Below, piece after piece: positions 38,401 through 45,334 of a stretch of DNA of 45,334 nt. Below the pieces are notes generated by a model, which saw only the letters and a list, made by a program, of their open reading frames with translations, was not told where the DNA came from and searched no databases. Made by a program: the position numbers and the translations under genes. How positions within the stretch are numbered: the first letter of the stretch is position 1; the number at the start of each line of letters is the position of its first letter. The stretch covers positions 167,308,592-167,353,925 of the forward strand of contig NC_068981.1 of assembly GCF_001194135.2 (NCBI RefSeq). Direction: 5' to 3'. This DNA is from Octopus bimaculoides (Eukaryota).

Positions 38401-39371
38401 TACATACATGCATACATACATACATACATACACATACATACATACCTACATACATACATACATACATACATACACATACATACATACATACATACATACA
38501 TACACATACATACATACAGATATACACGCATGCACACACACATACACACGTAATATATATCCATATTTATATTATACTTAATGTATATACACGGTTGATG
38601 GGCCAGTTACTGCAGTATTTGTTCTGAGATAACATCTGTTATGGCCGTGTTGTACTATAAACACACGTAAGTGTTGGAGAGAGACGAAAATTCACCTTAG
38701 CAACATCAGGGCATATTTATTCACAGTTTTCTCACTCGGAGGCAATGAATTCTCATTTGAGAATGCGACTGGCTGCAACGATGCACCATTAAAAGGCTCA
38801 AAAATCTAGAAATGCATCTGGTGTTTTCATCGACTGTTTTCATGTTTTTTTGAAAATGTTTTGCACACAGACACCCACACACAAGTACAGTAAACAAAAT
38901 AAGAATGGATAGCTCAAACATGACTTGCTCGTTTCAGTAGCGTGGATATTTAATACCAATGCAAAGTACAAATCATACCATTACGTAATTCCGACATGTT
39001 TCATAACCATTCCATTCCATTTCAACAGATGATATTCAGTCATGTTTATTATCAAAATATATATATTATAATAATACAGGATAAAACCATTAAAAATTCT
39101 ATCAGTGGCCAGCATATAATACAGACCTATTAAGGTGAATTCATATATAGAGATTTATAATACTATAAAAATACAATTATAATTAAGGGCGTAGAAGAGA
39201 CTATGCCTATGCTGAAAATAGACGCCAACTCATCTAGCCGTTTAAAAATTATCACTTTTACAGTACACTTTGAGTACACGTTGTGTACTCTTCTATGCCC
39301 TTAATTATAATTATATTTTATACTATTATAAATCTCTTTCTCTCTCTCTCTCTCTTTCTTTATATATTTAT

Positions 39372-39480
39372 ACGATGAGCTTCCACACAGTTTCCCGTCT
39401 ACCAAATTTACTCATGAGGGATTGGCTTGCCCTGAACTACTGTAGAAGACGCTTACTCAAATGTACTCTTCAGTGTGACA
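39372..39480 (-). mobile_element. Fragment of SINE family D 5' half
   Basis: ACGATGAGCTTCC...TCTACCAAATTTACTCA...TAGAAGACGCTTACTCAA matches 9948-10020. Confidence 0.55.
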
Positions 39481-40026
39481 TGTTGCAATATGAGCATTTT
39501 AACCATATAACCATACTGTAAGGAAATTCTTAAGTTTTGGTCAATAGGCATTTTGTGTGATACATAATTATACATGTATAGATAAAATATTATTTACGAA
39601 GATCTGAGTTTGTGAGTCGTTACTCGGAGTTTCCTATTCTTAGTCTTCATTTTTGCAAACTGGAACGAGCTACTCCGAGGTGCAACTCACAGAACCTTAG
39701 CTTTCAATAAATCGCATTATTCCAATCAACGTTACAGTGTTCAAAATTTTTTTTCAATTATTAGACAGTGGTTTCGTAAATTGGATTTAATGTAATTCTA
39801 GCCATTTGAAAGCAAATAAATCTATATAAGAGTTTCTGTGAATTCCGTTTCATTATGTGAGAATGACTCGCAGCAAGATGGTCCTATTCAAGTTGGTGAA
39901 ACAGCTTTGAGATGAAGTCTTTGATGAAACGAAAACAGACGGACAACAAAGAAAAGTAGAAGAAACAGTGTTGTACGTTTGTATGTGTACTTGAACGTGT
40001 GTTTGTGTGTGAAGAAGAGAGAGGGT

Positions 40027-40085
<59 letters not shown>

Positions 40086-40856
40086 CAAGGGAAAGATGGG
40101 AGAGAAAGGATACAGTGAGAGAACTGGTAAACAAAAGAAGATATAGTTTTGTATTTAATATTGAAGACACAGTATGGATATATATATATATATATATGTA
40201 TGGATATATATATATATATATNNNNNNNNNNNNNNNNNNNNNNNNNNNNNNNNNNNNNNNNNNNNNNNNNNNNNNNNNNNNNNNNNNNNNNNNNNNNNNN
40301 NNNNNNNNNNNNNNNNNNNNNNNNNNNNNNNNNNNNNNNNNNNNNNNNNNNNNNNNNNNNNNNNNNNNNNNNNNNNNNNNNNNNNNNNNNNNNNNNNNNN
40401 NNNNNNNNNNNNNNNNNNNNNNNNNNNNNNNNNNNNNNNNNNNNNNNNNNNNNNNNNNNNNNNNNNNNNNNNNNNNNNNNNNNNNNNNNNNNNNNNNNNN
40501 NNNNNNNNNNNNNNNNNNNNNNNNNNNNNNNNNNNNNNNNNNNNNNNNNNNNNNNNNNNNNNNNNNNNNNNNNNNNNNNNNNNNNNNNNNNNNNNNNNNN
40601 NNNNNNNNNNNNNNNNNNNNNNNNNNNNNNNNNNNNNNNNNNNNNNNNNNNNNNNNNNNNNNNNNNNNNNNNNNNNNNNNNNNNNNNNNNNNNNNNNNNN
40701 NNNNNNNNNNNNNNNNNNNNNNNNNNNNNNNNNNNNNNNNNNNNNNNNNNNNNNNNNNNNNNNNNNNNNNNNNNNNNNNNNNNNNNNNNNNNNNNNNNNN
40801 NNNNNNNNNNNNNNNNNNNNNNNNNNNNNNNNNNNNNNNNNNNNNNNNNNNNNNNN

Positions 40857-40900
<44 letters not shown>

Positions 40901-41318
40901 AAAGCGAGCGCGGACAAGAAAGAATTGCCGAAACAATCATATGTGCTTGAATATACTTGCTTATGAAAGAGATATAGAGAGAGAATGAGTAAGGAACATA
41001 TTGGGAGAAAGAGAATTATAGATTGTATAACTGATGAATTTTATAAGTGTATGTTGCAAGTGTATCTATGTTTGGGTATATATATATATTTGTGTTTGTG
41101 TACATATGTATCTTGTAGTATATGAGAGCATCAGCTCAGAAAGATAGGAGCAGAACACAAATGCACAAAGAGAAAGATAATGAAAGCAGGATCCTTAGAT
41201 ATTTTATGATTCACATTCTTTGTTTCGGTGTTAGTCTTTGGAGATGTAGTGAAACGTTTGGTGAGGCCACAAGGTGAACTCACCTTTCTTGGCACTCTTC
41301 AATGTTGCCGGTTCTAAA

Positions 41319-41321
<3 letters not shown>

Positions 41322-41405
<84 letters not shown>

Positions 41406-41490
41406 CTTGGTATTTTACTAGTACTTTATCTATCAACATCACGGAAAGGATGAAAAGTAAGTCGACTTCACTGGAGTTTGAACGCAGATA
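41322..41490 (-). mobile_element. (GA)n tract followed by a family A SINE fragment
   Basis: (GA)n at 41322-41400, then GAAAGGATGAAAAGTAAGTCGACTTCACTGGAGTTTGAAC. Confidence 0.55.
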
Positions 41491-41923
41491 AACCTAAAAT
41501 AAACACATGCAGACAAATATATTAATATAAGAAACTAAAAAAAAAAAAAGAAATATACAATCAATGAAGAGACGAAAGAAACAGTAAGGTGACACATGTG
41601 GATTTGATTAGGTATTTCTGCTTATTTAGAAATATACCATGAACAGGTCCTGTTACAAACGCTAAATTATAAATTTCACTGGGTACAACCTTAAAGTTGA
41701 CACCGTTCCGCTAAATGCAGAAAATTTCCGTCTCGCTATTGGCTAAAAATACAGTTTTCCCGATTTTTAAACCTCCAACTTTTTCCTCCAGTTTCTTTCT
41801 CCACAACATCACACCTACATAGCCATGAGACTAGAAGACCATATTATTATAGCCAATTTTCAGATTTTTTACTTCCTTTTAAAAAATCCATATTTTGTGA
41901 ATTAAAAATACTAGATCTGAAAG

Positions 41924-42113
41924 GAGAATTTACCTCGTGGGGTAAAAGTTACTTTCGAAAAATTAATTAAATTCGAGGACAGGAAAATTAAGTTCAATTC
42001 TGCACTTAAGACACAGTGATAAATTTAATAAATTAAAAGTTGCAGAGACATGTCATATATTGCTTAGATATATCTTTGGATTATTATATTAAGATCATAG
42101 CTTACGGTATTTT

Positions 42114-42161
<48 letters not shown>

Positions 42162-42455
42162 NNNNNNNNNNGAGAGAGAGAGAGAGAAAGGGAGAGAGAA
42201 AGAGAGGGAGAGAGAGAGAGAAGAGAGAGCGGTGAATGAATTAGACAGGGGAAAATGAGAATTTACCCTGTGGGGTAAAAATTACTTTCGAGAAATTAAT
42301 CAAATTCGAGGACAGGAAAATTAAGTTCAATTCTACATTTAAGAGACACAGCAATAAATTCAATAAATTAAAAGTTGCAGAGAAATATCATATATTTTTT
42401 AGACATATATTAGATTATTATATTAAGATTATAGTTTACGATATTTTGACTGAGA
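41924..42455 (+). repeat. Diverged tandem duplication of a roughly 200-bp block separated by (GA)n
   Basis: 41924-42120 and 42257-42455 align throughout (e.g. AAATTCGAGGACAGGAAAATTAAGTTCAATTCT in both). Confidence 0.92.
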
Positions 42456-42464
42456 AGAAATGAA

Positions 42465-43349
42465 CGCAAAAAAAAAAAAGAAACAGCAAGGAAGGAGACA
42501 AATGTACGGTCGGTTTGCAACAAATGTGAACGCCAAGACAGATACAGAAGACCGATGGCTATGGATAAGGATGAGTGGATTGAAGATAGAGACAGAAGCA
42601 CACATATGCGCAGCTCGAGAGCAAGCGTTAAGGATCAACTATGTGAAGAGCAAAATAGACAATACTACCGACAGCGACAAATGCAGAAGGTGTGGTGAGA
42701 AGATTGAAATGGTATGGCACATCGTTAGCGAATGCCCGAAATTGGTACAACGCGAATACAAAAGACAACAAAACAATGTAGTAAGAATGATCCATTGGGA
42801 GCTCTGTAGAAATCACGGCCTACAAAGAACAAAGACGTGCTATGAGAAAACCCCAGGAACAGTCACCTAGAATGAGATTTGCAAAATCCTGTGGGACGCA
42901 ATTATCAAGTGCGATCACCTGACCAAACTGGACATTGTGGTAGTGAATAAAAAAGAAAGGACATGCTTGATAATCGACATAGCATGCTCCGATGATAATA
43001 AGATAAAAGAGACAGAAGAAGAAAAAATGAACAACTATGACAATTTGAAGTGAGAAATACAAAGGTTGTGGTCAATGAGGAGAGTAGACGTGACACCAAT
43101 AGTAATTGGTGTACTTGGAAGCATCAGTAGTCAACTACCAGCATGGCTGAAAAAGATCAGCGCAAGTGTGAAGATAGAACACCTACAAAAATCGGCATTA
43201 CTGGAAACTGCCAGAATTCTTCGCAGGATTCTTGTAGTGTAACCAGTAAACAAGTGTCACCTTTGTCTGCTGGCTGTGGACAGCTGACACTTTCCATCAT
43301 ACCCAGCAGAATAAGCTGTGAGTTTTCATCACATAATAATTATAATAAT
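42465..43349 (+). mobile_element. Second R4/Dong-clade LINE family, 3' fragment (CCHC plus REL), ending in (TAA)n
   Basis: GLKIETEAHICAAREQAL, intact CRRCGEKIEMVWHIVSEC, KILWD, LDIVVVNKKERTCLIIDIAC, PIVIGVLGSI, LQKSALLETARILRRIL with stop at 43240-43242. A short 3' UTR then ATAATAATTATAATAAT (43333-43349). Confidence 0.9.
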
Positions 43350-43560
43350 GGTTTCAAATTTTGGCACAAGTGCAATCATTTTGAGGGAGGGGACAAGTCG
43401 ATTACATCGACCCCAGTACTTGACTGGCGCTTCATTTATCGAACCCGAAAGGATGAAAGGCAAAGTCTACCTCGGTGGAATTTTAACTCAGAACGTAGCG
43501 GCAAACGAAATACCAATTTCTTTATTGCCCACAGGGGAACAAACATAGAATGGTACAAAA
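43333..43560 (-). mobile_element. Family A SINE with (ATT)n tail, head interrupted by the tail of another family A variant
   Basis: GTCGATTACATCGACCCCAGTAC...CCCGAAAGGATGAAAGGCAAAGTC...GAAATACC, then ATTTCTTTATTGCCCACAGGGG (compare 27776-27800). Confidence 0.75.
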
Positions 43561-43723
43561 CAACTGATTGGGATCAGTAATGCGAATGGTTTACATAAAT
43601 ATGACTTTAAAAATTTTATAACATATAAAAAAATCGAATGATATTAACAGTACGTTAGACAACACAAATGAAGCGATGATCAGGCCACGCTCCGACCCAA
43701 CAAGCCCCGATCTATCGCTGGCA

Positions 43724-45334
43724 TCTTTTTTTTTTCTTTTTTTTTCTGACTATTCACACGGTTCCTTGCACGCACAACACTCGTGCAACATGCTTCCATC
43801 TCTTTTGGAACGTACACTCCGACAAACATCTCCTCTCCAGCNNNNNNNNNNNNNNNNNNNNNNNNNNNNNNNNNNNNNNNNNNNNNNNNNNNNNNNNNNN
43901 NNNNNNNNNNNNNNNNNNNNNNNNNNNNNNNNNNNNNNNNNNNNNNNNNNNNNNNNNNNNNNNNNNNNNNNNNNNNNNNNNNNNNNNNNNNNNNNNNNNN
44001 NNNNNNNNNNNNNNNNNNNNNNNNNNNNNNNNNNNNNNNNNNNNNNNNNNNNNNNNNNNNNNNNNNNNNNNNNNNNNNNNNNNNNNNNNNNNNNNNNNNN
44101 NNNNNNNNNNNNNNNNNNNNNNNNNNNNNNNNNNNNNNNNNNNNNNNNNNNNNNNNNNNNNNNNNNNNNNNNNNNNNNNNNNNNNNNNNNNNNNNNNNNN
44201 NNNNNNNNNNNNNNNNNNNNNNNNNNNNNNNNNNNNNNNNNNNNNNNNNNNNNNNNNNNNNNNNNNNNNNNNNNNNNNNNNNNNNNNNNNNNNNNNNNNN
44301 NNNNNNNNNNNNNNNNNNNNNNNNNNNNNNNNNNNNNNNNNNNNNNNNNNNNNNNNNNNNNNNNNNNNNNNNNNNNNNNNNNNNNNNNNNNNNNNNNNNN
44401 NNNNNNNNNNNNNNNNNNNNNNNNNNNNNNNNNNNNNNNNNNNNNNNNNNNNNNNNNNNNNNNNNNNNNNNNNNNNNNNNNNNNNNNNNNNNNNNNNNNN
44501 NNNNNNNNNNNNNNNNNNNNNNNNNNNNNNNNNNNNNNNNNNNNNNNNNNNNNNNNNNNNNNNNNNNNNNNNNNNNNNNNNNNNNNNNNNNNNNNNNNNN
44601 NNNNNNNNNNNNNNNNNNNNNNNNNNNNNNNNNNNNNNNNNNNNNNNNNNNNNNNNNNNNNNNNNNNNNNNNNNNNNNNNNNNNNNNNNNNNNNNNNNNN
44701 NNNNNNNNNNNAGCCACCCTGCTCAATACCTCCGTCCAGTTCTTCTCTATCTGGAGGCCTGGACCAAACCAAACTCTCAGCAACTTAACCGGTCCCTCCG
44801 TCCAGCGCCCAACAGCGCTGTCTGAAGGCATCGACTTGCCAACCCAAGTGCCGAGTTGTAAGCCGACCGACTTTTCCCGGTTAATCTTCGCTCCTACCAC
44901 CTCCTCGTAAGCCTCAATAGTCTTACCCACTTCACGTAGGCGTGCTACTGAGGTTACGCTGATAGTGATATCATCCGCGTAAGCCGTAACAAACTCCTCT
45001 AGACCTGGTTATCTCGGAATTCCACTCAACCTCCGCAGTAGTGGCTCGAGAGCCACCATATACAAAAGCGGTGAGAGCGGACATCCTTGACGAACCGAGC
45101 GTCTGATACAGAACGGCTTCGAAAGGAAACCGTTCACCCGAACTATCGAGTCAATGTTGTGGTACAAAGCAATAAACCACCTGAGGAAGCCAAGACCCAA
45201 GCCGAACCGCGCAAGCACAGTCGCCAGGTATCGATGGTCAACCCTATCAAAAGCTTTAGACTGGTCCAAATGTACCAGTGCCCCACCTTTGCCAGATTTA
45301 TTATCAACCCTCTCTATGGTATAGCGAATAAGAT
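43724..45334 (-). mobile_element. Tx1/L1-clade LINE, ORF2 RT region to 3' end, running past the window edge
   Basis: LDQSKAFDRVDH, SVRQGCPLSPLLY, AYADDIT, GAKINREKS. These are in one frame with a single TAA at 45009-45011. Gap at 43842-44711; A-rich run at 43724-43746. Confidence 0.9.

Noticed and set aside
38721-38921. ORF with a signal-peptide-like N-terminus (MFELSILILFTVLVCGCLCA)
   Set aside because: The hydrophobic stretch partly derives from GT-rich low-complexity DNA; nothing else supports it.

Overview
This is eukaryotic, AT-rich, draft-assembly sequence with 11 N gaps, most of them at simple repeats. I find no intact protein-coding gene; most listed ORFs are translations of microsatellites or gaps. 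The repeat families look like those I recall from octopus genomes, which is an unverified inference. Supportable content: (1) many tRNA-headed SINEs of at least three architectures, including one copy with a 19-bp TSD and a four-copy cluster; (2) three R4/Dong-clade LINE fragments (36.0-38.4 kb and 42.5-43.3 kb) plus orphan 3' ends at 7.2-7.5 kb; (3) a Tx1/L1-clade RT running off the right edge; (4) two Penelope-like (PLE) remnants; (5) a probable LTR with a tRNA-Trp primer-binding site; (6) a probable non-autonomous Helitron; (7) two long near-perfect hairpins. Two leads stand out. The first is a PLE endonuclease 3' end fused directly to a Pol III tRNA-like head and (AAT)n, with an inverted partial copy at its 5' break and a degenerate minimal hammerhead motif just across the next gap. 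The second is an R4-clade LINE family whose junctions repeatedly fall in (TACA)n, while a second R4 family ends in (TAA)n.
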